A DNA stretch of 64,000 nt from Ruditapes philippinarum (lineage: Eukaryota), in the NCBI RefSeq assembly GCF_026571515.1, contig NW_026857983.1, positions 124,001 through 188,000 on the forward strand, read 5' to 3'. The position numbers and the translations under genes were made by a program. The notes beneath the pieces were generated by a model that saw only the letters and a list, made by a program, of their open reading frames with translations, did not search any database and had not been told where the DNA came from. Below are positions 36,886-51,489 of this stretch, piece after piece. Position 1 is the first letter of the stretch; every line of letters starts with the position of its first letter.

Positions 36886-38809
36886 ATTACTTATCAAACT
36901 CGTTTACGAAAATGTTATAAAGCACGACATATGTATGTGTTATATTAATTTCTTTAACTCGTGTAATCAAATTTTATATGACATGACAACTCATGTGGGA
37001 CCTTTTATGTCTGAACTGTGTAACTAAATTTAGATTTATTAAATGTTCTTTGTGTTTATATAACCTTTTGTTATGTTTGTCTTTAATTAGATATACCGCA
37101 AAGAATTAAAGATATAAAGTTTAACAAATTAAATTCATAAAAGGTCTACTTAGTCAAACAGCAACCAGTCAGAAATATTATGGTTATTGTTTTATCACTC
37201 CTAACACAACAGTCTTTAGCAGTGCTTCGTCTCACATAAACATAAGCGCCTTCTCTAACATGAACCACTATAGCTCCCGTTCCACAGTGATCATCATTCA
37301 TTTCTTCGGGAAATGCTGTACCCTTAACTTGTCAATTCCCAATTTTTATTTGTTTGGGTCGTCAGACCAAACAAATAATGGTAGCGAAATTTCAGACCCT
37401 GATGTGCTTATGTGCAAAACTGAAAGTAGTCTAAACTCCTCAAAGCGGTTACTTCCCTTTATATGTATACATGTGCCGACAAATTAAGCGGAGATCACTG
37501 CGTTAAGATTGTCAAATGACAGGCGCATTAATTTTCAAGCTTTCTCGGGGGAAAAATAGTTCCAGAATGGTCGAAGATTTCTATTATTGTGTTATTCTTT
37601 AAAGATATACATGCTTATATTAAGCTCCGTGATTATTTACATCAGTGTTAAACAACGGGGTTAGCATGAACAAAATATATCGAAATTAATAAGGGTTACA
37701 AACCCTAATTTAGAATAGTGTGGTTTTATTCAGGCCGTTAACATACTTCACCGTGGGCCAAGGGGTTTCTACGCTCTTTTAGGAAGCGAGAGGTCTGGAG
37801 TTCAAATCCCAGTTAAGGCGACTCATTTTTCTTTTAAATTGTTTAAGTCAAATAAACATTGACTTGAATATCAGTGTTCAATTAGGCTTATAGCCAATCT
37901 ACTACAGTTAAAGCACTGGAAACAGCCTTGGTGGCACTATACAAAAACAAACTGGTTTATAATCTCACAACCTTCACCTTTCTGACATTCTGAGACCCAA
38001 ACAAATTCAGCGCCTTCTGTGGTTTGATTTCAGCCGTAACCCACTATGCACGGACATCTGATCCCACTGTTACTGAAAACACATACGCCCATGTTATTTT
38101 GGACCATGCACATAGAAGTAGTTCCCGACCTCACTTCAATATTTTTTTTCAATATTATATTTTAAGATTGTGCCTGACAAATATTTTAGTCTATGTCACC
38201 TTCAAATATATCCGTATCTGTGATTTTATGAATCAGTCGATTTCAAGTTCACATTGTTCTCCTAAATGCTTCTTTTCAGTTAAAACAATAATTGATAATG
38301 ATAAGAATAGGATAAAATATAAATACTGTCTGAAATATAAAAAGACTGTCCCACCCATTTTATAAAGTAAACATACAACAATTGAAAATATAGTGTATAG
38401 ATATTGTGTAAATTCCTCTACATCAAAGACAAACTTTTCATGGTTTCCAAAGCAACGACTGCCACTTTGATATATAAAATGCAACTTTTTCTGTCGACTG
38501 AACTGAAACAACATACTGATTATATGTGAACTAGGGAACATTTGTGAAGTTGCCAATAATTTTGTTTCAGAAGTTTCCGTTTAATATTGCCTCTAAGCGG
38601 TTCTACATTAACTTAATTAAAAGGATTCTACTAAGGTTTTGACATTAATAATAATTGTAATTGTTTGAAATAATACCTTTTTCATTATTTCCTAACGAAT
38701 AATTAATAATTAATCAGTTGTTTAAGCAAAATCTTTTTTTCCGGTTTATGTTACAACCGTTGAATTACTATGAGCAGAGTTTCACGAGCAACCTTAAATT
38801 TGCTATTTT

Positions 38810-39125
38810 CAAATTGTCGGACATAATCGTCATGGAACCGTGGACGATCATTTCAAAATCTTCCAATGCATGACAAAGTTACAATCCGGAAACGAATGTG
38901 TACCTTCAAACTTTCCTTGTAAGAATGCGTACCTTTAAACTATAAGTGTGGCCTTGATCTTGGCGGTATTATTAGGGGTCTTAATGTCGTCTTTATGTGG
39001 TAGACATATTTGCTAGGCTATTTTAAAATCTTTCAATGCATGACAAAGTTACTGTCCGTACACGAATGTTGAGTAAGTGGGACGCACAGAAAGACGGACG
39101 GACAGACAGTGTGCCCTTCGGGATA
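38810..39125 (-). mobile_element. Degenerate HINE-like fragment
   Basis: Two caatgcatgacaaagttac core units and a gacggacggacagac microsatellite near the end. Confidence 0.55.
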
Positions 39126-39469
39126 TTATATTTCATTATCCCTCAAAATTGGAGAGCGTAACATATTTACAAAGTATATATAATGTACATACAGCAGAAG
39201 AGAATTATATACAAATGCATTACATTGTAATATAAAAGATACAATAACATGAAATTCTTTTACAATTGTAAAATTATGACTTATGGGTATTAAACGAAAG
39301 CGAAAGTATAGACTATGTTTTAAATCATTCATTTTAAACATGAACATTGCTATAATCATCCTAGGTGATAAAAATAATTAAAGTTACTAAGTTCCGTACC
39401 AATAACTGAATCTTAATCGAAAAACGAAAAATTAAGAGAAAGTGAAGGTACAGTCTTTGTGTTCATGCT

Positions 39470-42400
39470 TTATAAATGACTATCAATAGATGGATGTCAT
39501 TAGCATTATTCCTAAATAAATCAATGATCTTAATTATTGAAAAAAGAAGAAAAAAAAAGAAGAAAAAAAAAACACAAAAAACAGAGAGCAGGTAAATAAA
39601 ATAAATAACTATACAGTTTATGTCTGAGAAAAATACTACATATACTGTAAAGCGATAAAATTGCCTGCTTCTTTTTTTTTTAACGTAGAGATAAAAGTTT
39701 TGCAAGCGCGATAGCAATTTGAAAGTTGACAAGTACATTATCATGTAAAAACATTTCACATTGATATCTGTAGTTATGGCAAATAAATGTGCTGTTTTGG
39801 TCAAAACTTAAATTTGATATAATAGCGTTCCAGAAAGGCACGTCTTTTAGTCTCTTTCCTGTGACAAAAACACATAAGGTGTTCTGTAATGCCATTTGTA
39901 AGAAGATTGCAAATGATACAACGACGCACATATGGAAAAACACATCCTGGTGTCCAACTGCCTTGCCAAGTATTGCAGCAACCCATTTTGGACCCGGATT
40001 TTGTCGAATAATAACGCACAAAGGGGAAATCTTATAAGTATGAAGTAGAAATGTTAATGCTTGCACTTGTGGCGTTTAAAGTTTCTTAGAATAACTCTTT
40101 TTGTTGACTCATTGATTACCTTTATCTGTAAAATCTTCTTCCATTTAAATTTAGATAGAAACACACCGGTATCAATACAAGACTTTAGTATACAACGTTA
40201 CAACAGATCATATTTCTGCAGTAATCTATATAAATTATGTCTGGAATAAATCTATGTTTCTGTTTATCCACATTCATATACCTAATCAATCTATTTACAA
40301 ATATCTGTTTAGCAAGATATTTAGATGGCAATCAGCATAATTGACCAAATAACTGTAATTTCCTGTAATTTATCATAGTAAGTATGTTTGGTATATTCAA
40401 CATACATAATGCAAACTTTGTGGAAAAAGATTTATGAAAATTTTTGTATAAATTTAACACAGAAGTTGTGTGCTAATTCTAAATTGGATATGTTTTTATT
40501 TGAGTAACAGTTCCAGTTTTAACAACCATAAAGCGCTTTAGGTACAACAACTGTCATGTATATTTTTCGGAGTGTAGCAGGACTTATAGAAACTGGATGC
40601 AATCTACTGCTACAAATGCTTAGTAATGTACCACGAAACTTAACACCTAAATTCTTATATGTGAAGTTAATAGGTATGACGTCATTTCCAAGAGAAAATA
40701 TCACCGACTCATGCACTAGAGTAGCTGGGTTAAATGTTATAACAGCGCTTTTTGAAGGATTGTATAGGAAGCGCCATTTTCTCGAGTAAATGTTACAAAT
40801 CTTCAGCATGTTATCTAGACCAGCGCTGCGGAGAATGATACGAGACCAATGTAATCGGCAACGGTGGGACAACGACCATATTTAAATTGTGTATGAAAAC
40901 GCCATTCGCGCTGTCTTCCAACTCGCGTATTAATCCATTTATGAAGACAAGAATACATTTGATGGTGAACTTTATTCCTCCCTGTCGAGTACCTTGCAGT
41001 ATTGGGAAATAGTTACAAGCTATGCCTTTATACTGTACATAACTGTATACATTTTATACACATCGTAAAAACGACTTTTAAAACGTTGGTATTAATGTGT
41101 TTCCCCGTTGTCAGAAATAGTATGTTGTAATTTATTAAATGAAACCATTTGTCCAGACGCGGTCGGAAGCCTGTCTGCAGTCTAGAAAACACATGTTAGA
41201 CCCGATGAAGAGTTTTCTCGTGCAAAAATGTAAGCAAACTCCCTTAATGAAAAAGAGGTCATTTAAACAGCCGAGTGCACCTTGTTGAGAACTAATGGAG
41301 GATAATATGTGTTTTTTACATTTCCTAAGCAAAATTACTTCATACACTTTAAGTATTGATGAAGTCAGACTAATGGCTCTAATAACTGGGTCGTCGTGTT
41401 TCTTATTGCCACCTTTATGAACAGTAATAAATTTTACGCGATTTAAACGAATCTGGTTTTTTCACCACCTCTTAATATCAATGTATAGAAATTCGCTAAT
41501 ACCGGGGATAATATATCCGCGCCATATAACAAGTGTTCGTGGGCAATACCATCCGGTTCGTTTGCCTTACCTCTCGATAAAGTCTGAATGGCTGACTTTA
41601 CATCTTCCTCGGCTATAGACACATTATTACTGAGATTCATATTAAAAGACTCAATCACATATTGTTCTACAAAATCATACCAAGGTTTATCAAACTGTTC
41701 TGAAGCTGTAGGTTTATACAGATCTTTGAAATAATTAGCCCACTGCTCTGCTATATCACTGCGACAGTTGTATTTTATTCCATTGAAGCACATGCTACTT
41801 CCTTAAACGCTACTTTGTTGTTTACGTGCCTGAATATCTTTCCAAAACAAATCACTATTTAATTCAGCTTTGACCTCTAGTTCATGGTCGAGATCACGAA
41901 AATATGAATTCACTGCCGCCCTATGCAATTTTCTAGTTTTTAGTCTTTGCAGATTTATAATTTGCATACTCCTTGTGGTTTATTCCGCGTGGTCGCCCTG
42001 CCCGGCACCACACTTCTCTGGCTTGTTTCACTTCTTCGTGACATTGAGACAATTAAATCGACCAATAAGGTTTCATGTACTTTCTATACTTTTTCTTTGG
42101 AAAAGAACATAATTATATTTTTTCAGTTATAGTATCATAAGTATCAGACAAATTCTCACCTTCGTTAAAATCAAAGTTTTTAAATGCAATTTTCAACTGT
42201 TCGTTATAATTGTCAATATGCATGCTTTGAACTTTTTTCCAGTTTATTGTTTCAACATTTGTATTAGTTTCGAAACTGACATCATTGTGCATGTAACACT
42301 CAAAGTTTAAACTACAAAGTATGGGTTTGTGACATGAAACATTTAAAGAACAATCATCAGCTACTTCAATGTAAGATAAAATGTTTGAGAATTCATAGCC

Positions 42401-43790
42401 TAACAATAAATAATCAATAGTAGACGTAAAGCGCCCATCATTAAAGACATATGTACTTGTCTTATTAAAGCATCTGTCCGAAGTGTTTACAGCAAATAAA
42501 TTACAGTCATCTATAAAACAATTCAGGGTTGCAGAAAACTTTGCATTATCAATGTTTGCATTAAAATCGCCCATAAAGACAATGATATCTTTATCACAGT
42601 ATGTATTATTAATATCATACATCATTGGTATAACTTCATTGTATGTTGTTACAGAATAGTTACTACATGGCAGATATACTTGAAAAAAATAGACAAATAA
42701 TGAAGAACCAATTTCTAATTGTATCCCGATTATACGGTCACTATCAGTCTCAACTTTCGAAATTAATTTGTTATAACGTCTATGCCACATTATAGATACA
42801 CCACCTTTTCTGACATTATTTATATCACAAACTGTATAATGCATAAATTCCGACGAGATAGAATCCATAAAATGAAAGTTCTTTTGCGTTAACCAACGCT
42901 CGGATAAGCCACATATATCTATATTTCCCTCATCTAAAATATTACTTAGGTAGCCCGCACTGGACATAATTCCAGTAATGTTCCATGTTTCATAAAAAGA
43001 TATAAATCTACCATAATGGCCATCATTTGATAGATAAAAATTTACATTTTTTACATATAGTTTTAGTCAACATAGCATTTTGTTTCATCCAAAATACTGA
43101 AATGATTTGACCATTGTGAATGATCCGAAACATTCTGATATGATTCTTCCCGAGTGATGCCCCTTGTATTTTTGCATTATTTATCAGGTTTTCCACTGTA
43201 AAATGGGAAATCTTGTTTGTTGCCAAATGTTGAATGCCTTCCCGATTGGGTGAACCCTTTATTGCTAATTGTTATTATCCGTCGGTCTTGACAAATATGA
43301 CCGTTTTCACGCCGTGACTCCAATGCCAACCACGGTTCGCATCAAAAGGTAGTGTGGCCAGAAGTCATCACTAAGAACAAGCCTTGCTTTATCATTGGCT
43401 ATCAGTGTCAGTTTAAGTAGAACCTTATCAGGGTTGCCGACGTAACTTGAATTTTCTCATTCCTGTAACACAAGGCACCTTTTCCTCGATAACCGATTTA
43501 AGGAGCTCGGTATTAAGACACGAACTAAGACCAAGTACACAAAATCTCTCAGTGCGTTTCCTTTTAACAAGCTTAAAATCAATTTCAAAAAATCTATCGC
43601 CGCTCAACACTTGTTGTTCTCGAGTTGTCACCCGTACCGGTATTGTTTCCCCTACTTTCTCAGCCTCAGGCTTATAACCTATAACGTCATTGAATGAGAC
43701 TGACCTCTCTCTTTCCCCATGTTTGTAACCAAATTTCTGTGCCCTTCGGCATATTTGCAAATTTAAAAGTCAATTTCACCGATTTTCCAC
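39470..43790 (-). mobile_element. Decayed near-full-length non-LTR retrotransposon (LINE; ORF1 relic plus APE endonuclease and RT)
   Basis: APE motifs TWNITG, DICGLSE.WL, GGVSIMW, VYLPC, MGDFNA, TIDYLL, S.HKPI (42113-42990). RT-region fragments such as GKANEPDGIAHEHL (41443-41793) and downstream pieces. ORF1-like DDFWP motif near 43360. Many frameshifts. The 3' boundary is approximate. Confidence 0.9.
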
Positions 43791-45917
43791 GGCGGAATGG
43801 GTTTGCGTGAAATATAATCCGGTGCATTTATTCTATACTATGATTCATATTTGTATTGTATTCGCGAACAACAAAATGCTTTCACAATGACCCGTATATA
43901 TTTTTATCTTTGACCATGACTAGTTTATTACTGTACCGTCTTATGTGTAATTAAAGAACAACTCGTATGCACTATACACGGAAATTTATAAATATACCAA
44001 GAAAGGCCATACATTTAAAATTTACAATTGTAATCAAACTTAGTTATGCAGTTTGAGTGTATTATGTGACTCATTCGAAACTGAAGAATATCTTAACAAG
44101 TACAAATGTTGCTGCAATGCAGAAATTGAGAAGCTCCGCGCACAAAATGCACTCATTACAGATACGTTACAAAATCATTTCTACGCACAGGACATGTTCT
44201 ATTCAGATTAAGTACTATTGTACATTATTCCGGATGTTTTGTAAATCATTATTGTATAGTTATACTTATAGTATGCACTGTCAATGAAATGGGGGCCAGA
44301 TATCAAATTTAAAAAAAATATACTTTCACTGATGCCTACCTTGTAAGGAAAGTAATTCTAATACAAACAAGTCTTACAAGACTTGTAAATGTAATGTGAT
44401 ACGACAGTAGTGCAACATTGTTCTATTTATGTCACTACTGTAGTTAGTAATATAAAATGATATAAAATATCAAAGCATGTACATTTTCTTTTTCACCTAA
44501 AATGCTACTCATATTTTACAAATAGCAACAACTAATCATGGTAAGAAATATAAAAAGCCTTATGTAAATAAGCCAAAACAAAAACTTTCATCGACTTTCA
44601 AAATGTCCTTAACATGTTTCGAGGCAAATAAAAAACATTGATGTAAAACATCAAAGAGCGTCCAAGCAAGAAATCAACAAATGGCAATTAACTAGTAGAC
44701 ATCTGATGACCAGTTATTCTCAAGTTATAAATTTGTCAATCGGTAATTGGATTTTACAAGAATTGTATATATCATAGAAAAATGTGCGGACGAAAGACAT
44801 TGTTCATCATGAACTTTGGTAGGCTTATCAAAACATACAAGGATATGTGATTATTCGAGCATTTTTCGAACAAAAGTCGGCGGGACCCTATGTAAAACCT
44901 GTGAAAGTCGAGTAAAAGTCTTGTTTAATCGTACCAGATCGTACTTGGAACCATACAACATGTCGTATGAAAATCGTGTTCAAACCTTGCTTGACAGAGT
45001 ATATCCGTCCTTTATTCGTACATGCACGTGTTACCATCGAGTCTAACTCGTGCCAACTAATCCCCAGGCACGATTGGAGCTAAATACTCGTACCAGTCAA
45101 TCCGTGTATAAACCGAGTATACTGTATTGGAACCGTGTGCCCAACCGTGTTTTGTGTAAGACGGGCTTGAAGCACTTTCGGTTTATAAAGTATAATGAAA
45201 TATACAGTTTTCTTTTATTTCTATACATTTACTTAAATAACATGGACTTAATCAATATAAAATGGAATAAACTAAGTCAACAATTCCAAGAATTTTAAAT
45301 ACTATTTATGTTTTAATGTTTAGCTTAGACCGAAATACCGTATCCCTTTTGTTAATTCATATCATAGTGTTCTTTCGCCTCCCAGAGCAAAAGTAGGACA
45401 TAGTTTAGGCCAGACTCTAGTATTGATATCGACTCACATTAGAAATGGTCCCTAACCCTACCTAAAATTGAGTTTTCGTGCTAAAGAGGATATTTTTCTA
45501 GGAGGATGAAATGCTTGACATCTAAAAAATGATCTTGTTATATAGCGGTAACAAAATATTGAAATACATGACATATTTCATTTTCTTAAGAAAACAATAT
45601 AATGTTTGTTACAAATTAGTTTTCATACTTAAAATTATCCCAAATTCATCCAGTCAGTTCATGTCCCATTGAATCTTACGGTTTTTCCTGCACTTTTTCA
45701 GTCAATTGCAGGCCATGTTACAATGCAATTAGGCAAGTCAGCCAATATAACCATGAATTAACTTCCTGGTTAACTTTATTACTAGTTTATTTATAGACCG
45801 AAACTTTACTACTTGTCTATTTATAGATCGAAATCATAATACATGTAATGTTTTTCTTACCGTTTCATATCCAGTAGCATATTTTGCGTGTATAGTGTGA
45901 TTAGTTTACTGACTATA

Positions 45918-48900
45918 ATGAAATCAAACAAATCAATTAGGGAAGATAATTCACATTTCAGATAAACGTTTTTTAAGTTTTAAATAGTTGTATATCAATA
46001 TACTTTGTTGTTTCACTGGTTAGGGTCCATGTCATGCATGAATATGCCGCTTTTATTTTTTCTGTCTGCGGTAAGAAAGTTTACAATGCTTTTGTCGCAA
46101 TAATAATACCGCATTTTGTTTATATTTTCCGTTCATTTAATATATTCTTTGCACATGATGCTAAGAGAACATCTCAAATGTACTAACGCCGCAGGTTTCA
46201 TCCTTATCAGTTGATGAATTTATAAACGAAAATTCGGTGCCAGTTCGTAAGCAACGTGTTGTATACAACTCATCAATAAGGATTTAACTCAATACAGGAT
46301 TGGAGCAGTACCTCTAATCATGATCACAAAATAGACAAATATCGTTTTTTTCCGCCGATTTTTACATGTTTCATTCATTTCCATACATAAATCAGTGTGA
46401 AAAGATGAATTAGACCTTTTAAAGTTCATTCCGCTGGAGTTTAGCATTTTATCATTTAAGCGCCTTGTCTGGTATTTACCGGAATACGGTATTTAGTGTG
46501 GTGTTCCAATCCTTTTTTTAGTCAAAGGCATTAAGTTGTAAATACGGCCTCAGAATAACGTCAATATAAACTGACATGGTTGATGATTTATCAAGCACTG
46601 ACGTAAACATAAAATAATACAGTCTGAAACGTAAGTTTAAAATATTTAAAACTTAAAAAAATAATGCTTGAATGATAAGGTGAAACACTTTTGTAGATCT
46701 ATGATATCTTTATACATTAGCAACAAAAAGGTGAAAAAATAGAACAGCGTTACACGAAAATCAACAGCGGAAACGATCTCCGCTTAAAAAATAATGTTAG
46801 TGATCTCTCTTAGGCAATAGAAAATAAATAACTAGATTCTCATCCAAATTTTGGGAAAAATGGGGCGGGTGGGTGGATTTTAATTTTTATTTTTTATTTT
46901 CCATTCTCGGTCTGGAATTGCACACAAGGAGGTTAATACTTGTGAATTTGTTCTATATAATAGGTTCTAATATTATGTGTTTGTAAAATACATAGATTCA
47001 GATTGAGAATAGAAGCAACATGACAATATATCTTGATTGTAATGATCTAGCTGTTTTATTGAACCATTCATATTTTGACATCAAACCAATTGATGTTTGG
47101 ACAATATAAAAAAAAAACAATATATAGATCTAAATGTATTGTTACAAAATAAGACATCTTAATTTTATAAAAGAGTTGAATAAAGCTGACTATGCCTATG
47201 CCAATCAATAGGGCCTAGTGCTTTTACATGTGTAAATTAATCAGTCAACCACTGAAGCTACACAAAAAGACAATCCTATTTATATATCACATTGCAAAAA
47301 TAACATCTAAGCTATTGAAAATTTGACAAAGAAAGTACAAAGATTTTCCTATTATATTAAAAGGCTATCTTATTTTCACTTTTATACCATGACTAGATAT
47401 TATAAAGATGACATACAAAATCAAGCAGCACACTGACCATGAAGATTCTATGCGAAATTCATTGTTAAGGCCACAAGGACCGGCACCCTTTTGTTTATTT
47501 TTGGTTCAGATGATTATTTCAGGCCGTGACATTTCAAGTATTATATGATAACAACCTGGGTGAATGTCAAAATGACGGCTTTCCTTAGTGTGGCTTTTAA
47601 TGAAGAAACAAAACAAAATGTAGACGGTAGTAAAAATAAAAAATTTCAAAATCCTGAGACTCTCAATTCTGCTGTTTCTTCTTGATTAATTCCATCATGG
47701 AGCTTGTATAATATATCTGTGATTCCACACACACCCCTCTCTCAAGAAAATATCCATTGTACAACACACACTGGCAAATTTCTCTTTCTAAACTAATGTA
47801 AACAATACAGTAAATAAATTTAATAAATAAACTATATTTAAAGTGTTATTGGACAAATTTTATCAATACAAGGCTTCCTTTTGGTGACTTCTTTTTTTTA
47901 TTATATAAATCGGCATCGCGAAAATATGTGACAAACAAGAAAATGTCTGTTTCCTGCATAACCATTCACAATTCTAGCTTATTGTTGATTTTGATTTGAT
48001 CAGATTAATTATTTTATGAGTATTTTTAGATTGTTATTCAGCTGCTGTTTTAAAAGGCATTGTAAACAAAATTTCCAAATTTGTAATTTACGGCAATTTA
48101 CCGATGCTGTTTATGAACTGCTGTTTATTTGAATATTTTACTTGTCCAAAATTGGTCTTTTGTGGTTCAAACTTCAATATAGTTTAAGTTCTTTAACACT
48201 TTTCATTTTAACTATCAAAACAGGTTATTTTTAGCTCTTAGAAATTTTATTTGGACCCGAGGATTTTTCACGCTCGGCCCGCATGATCCGATCTATTCAG
48301 CCAGGACCGAGACCGAGACTGACGGACTTTCGGTCGTACAGATGATGAAACACTTATATACTTTAAGTACTCGGCATCCATACACAGTAATCAAGCTTAA
48401 AACTTTTCTTTCTTTCTTTCTGTCTTTTTTCTTTCTTTCTTTTTCTTTCTTTTTTTTTTTTTTTGAAAATAAAAATCGTTCGGGCGGAGCCATTTTTGCC
48501 GGGCGGGCGGGGATGAGAATCTGGGAATTTATTTTCTATTGCCTTATACCGAAATAATATCAGTTTCAACGGTGTATTTAACACCTGTCTTGTCGTTTCG
48601 ATGCAAAATAATAACCGCTTTGGCATACGGCCTTCGTGGTCAATTCCTATATACACATCAAACTCAAATGTTAAATAGCAGATAATACACCGCTGAAAAC
48701 GATATTATTTCTTAAATAGCCTCCCATATTGTCCCTGTTTCTATTCGATGTTATACACTGTAAGTCGGTTATATGTGTCTGTTGTCAGTTGCGTATCTTG
48801 GTCTTTAAGTCTTTAAGGAATAAAAATCTGGAAACAAAGTAATCCCTCGGAAGCATTAATCAGAACAAAATTACTTAAGAATTGCAGACTCGGTTTGATT

Positions 48901-50135
48901 GCGTCTGTACATGAGGGATAATGAATAAGTGCAACATCCCTCACGCCCCCTAGCACCGGCTGAGCGGTACTCAATTCTCAACACTTAATAGCGCTGGCAT
49001 CAATAATCCCGAAGGACCAGACAAATATAACAACACTGAAGTGAAGTACGGGGCAACTTTTAACAGCTGCCACACAGCACTTGACACCTGCTGTTGTGAA
49101 GTATACAAATCTGGAAACAAAGTGATCCCTCGGATTCATTATTCACAACAAAATTACTTAAGAATTGCAGACTCGGTTTGATTGAGTCTGTACATGAGGG
49201 AACATGAATAAGTGCAACATCCCTCACGCCCCCTAGCACCGGCTGAGCGGTACCATATATTATTTCCATATAAACCTATAAACCTATATTATTTTCCATA
49301 TGTGTGATACTTTCAATGTTTTTTTTAACTATGTCATTGTAACCTTTACAATTTTGAGTCATTTTTTTCTGTTGTTAAAATCTCCCCGAGCATCTCAACA
49401 ATGATTCACCATGATCATCTACTTGTTACCATTTATCTTACGTTGAAACCCTCTTTACAATATCCAGGAATATGGCTTTCGAACACATACAGAAGTACCT
49501 CAAATATTGTTTAATCAAATCATGTTGAATAAATTCAGAAAGTGTATAGGGAAAGTACCTTAGATATCCACTCAGTTTGACAATTTATTACAAGATAATA
49601 AATTTTATCAGCGAAAGAATTTCGGTGTATTTATAGACTTCATTTCATATTGCTGTATAAATTATCAAATTATTTTTTTTATCTGCACGTTTAATACTTA
49701 AACCCTTTTAAGTTGACGGTATTGACATAACTTAAACATCACCACAATTTGAAAATTCGGCTCTCGTTGATAAGGAAAATGGAGGAAAATATATTCCATA
49801 CTTTGGATTGACATTAAAGCAAATGATATTGATCTCATTAGATAATCATTGAATTTAGAAGAATATTTCAAGAATGCCCTCTCGAGTTCATAATGAAAAA
49901 TTGACCGTAGTAGCCCGTAATTGTGTTTTGAACACGGGTACGGATTTTTTTGTTATCATATAATGCCTGTAGTTAAAAATAATTAAATAACAAATTATAA
50001 TTTTTGGCTTTTTTGCACGCTGATAATATGCTCATTTATTACTGATTTACTATAATTGTATATGATTAGCCGTTAGTTATGGAGCTTATTTGATATTTTC
50101 TCATAAATTTGGAAAAATGTCCAAAATCATGACAT
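45918..50135 (+). pseudogene. TNF ligand relic E: exon-1 remnant plus intron 1 only
   Basis: atgaaatcaaacaaatcaattagggaagataattcacatttcag|ATaaacg (donor GT changed to AT), followed by a homolog of C intron 1 that stops ~150 bp before where exon 2 would be. Confidence 0.8.
46813..48543. mobile_element. 1.73-kb non-autonomous PIF/Harbinger-type element (TTA TSD)
   Basis: TTA|GGCAATAGAAAATAAAT...GATTCTCATCC and GGATGAGAATC...ATTTATTTTCTATTGCC|TTA. Empty site ctctcttataccgaa at ~28785. Confidence 0.9.
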
Positions 50136-51489
50136 TAAAATGACAAAAATGTCAAAGAAAAATCGTAAATTATATTTGAGAACATTTTATACTTTTTATT
50201 TCATCTTTACTTGACTAGATTTCAAACATTTGCCAAAATGTTTAAGAATTTTTACTACACTTAAGTAACTCGTATCTTTAAGTATGCTGATAAAGGCATT
50301 TTAAATATAACACGTTTTCTTAAACTGTTTGCGCCTATCAATATAATTCTGAACATCTTGTAAACCATTTGTCCATCAAAATGTTCGTAACGCAACGTAA
50401 TTAATTTGTTTCAGTTCGCCACAATTTTCGCCCCACCTTGACTTATTACCTAATTCATTATGCAATGCATTTCTGTAGTGTAGTGCATATTCGTTGCAGA
50501 AAATTCATTTATTTTTAAAATCTCACTAACTACGCAATAAATATATGTATGATTTATTCTACTTGAATCTCTAAATTATTTTGCCATTTATTTATTTGCT
50601 CATTTGTCTATCTCATTACATAAATCATTTGAGTAATAGTTGTATATTTCAAACGAAGAAAGTACAACAATAGTACGTATACTTTGCTTTTGTCTCAATA
50701 TCATATTACTCTACAAATACTCAATAGCTTTGAATGATAACAAAAGCATATCTCTTCGCGATGATAACAATTGTTACAACCAACCTTTTGATCAATATAT
50801 CAAGAAAAAAATGAAAATGTAAGTCGAATGTGTATAAATAGTATGTATATATATTTATATATGAATATTACATTAAATGCTTTTGTAATGTTTATGTGAT
50901 GCCGTCATATACTATATTTCTGTTAAGATGAGGAGCGTATGCTCAGTCCGAAAATAATGAAATATTTGTTCTGTTCTGTTAAATAATCTTATTTTTTCTT
51001 TCTTTTCAATATTATCCAGTCTTTTATGACCTAAATGAAAGAAAGTGTTGAGTTAAACTGTTGCATGTGGATCTGAATGAAATTCTGAATGTTTGCAGAG
51101 AGCCTTGCGTGCACGAAATTCACGTGGGAAAAAGAATAATAGAAAAATGCTTTTTCCAGGATCGAACTAGTGTCTTTACACTCACGTAGCGAATAACCAA
51201 CCGCTACGCTTTTACGCTGAATAGATTGATTAAATTAAGAGTAAATTATTAATGTTGTAAAAATTGTAGACGATAAATTTAAGAATTATCGGCCCCTATT
51301 TGTCAATATCAATGTAAACAGATATAATGTAATGAAAAAGCTAATTTAAACTATAAGTCTTAAGATCAAATATTGACTGTGCTTTCCCATAAATTTGAAT
51401 AAGTGCTATAAAATTATTTATTTTATACCTGGTTCTATTTATAGATTGCTCAAAGCTAAATCGTTCGTTATTTACTCCTGGTGTAGAAA

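Larger units (their letters stand above)
34010..50135 (+). repeat. Segmental duplication block 2 (D last exon to E intron 1), expanded by insertions
   Basis: Collinear with 21000-30340 apart from insertions at ~36510-36885, ~37028-43790 and 46813-48543. Confidence 0.9.

Noticed and set aside
36521-37027. 168-aa ORF
   Set aside because: GTG start, spans an insertion boundary into non-coding duplicated flank, no motif.
51150-51212. Minus-strand tRNA-like sequence upstream of F (similar traces near 17050 and 11110)
   Set aside because: Only degenerate A/B-box traces with no cloverleaf; probably old SINE debris.
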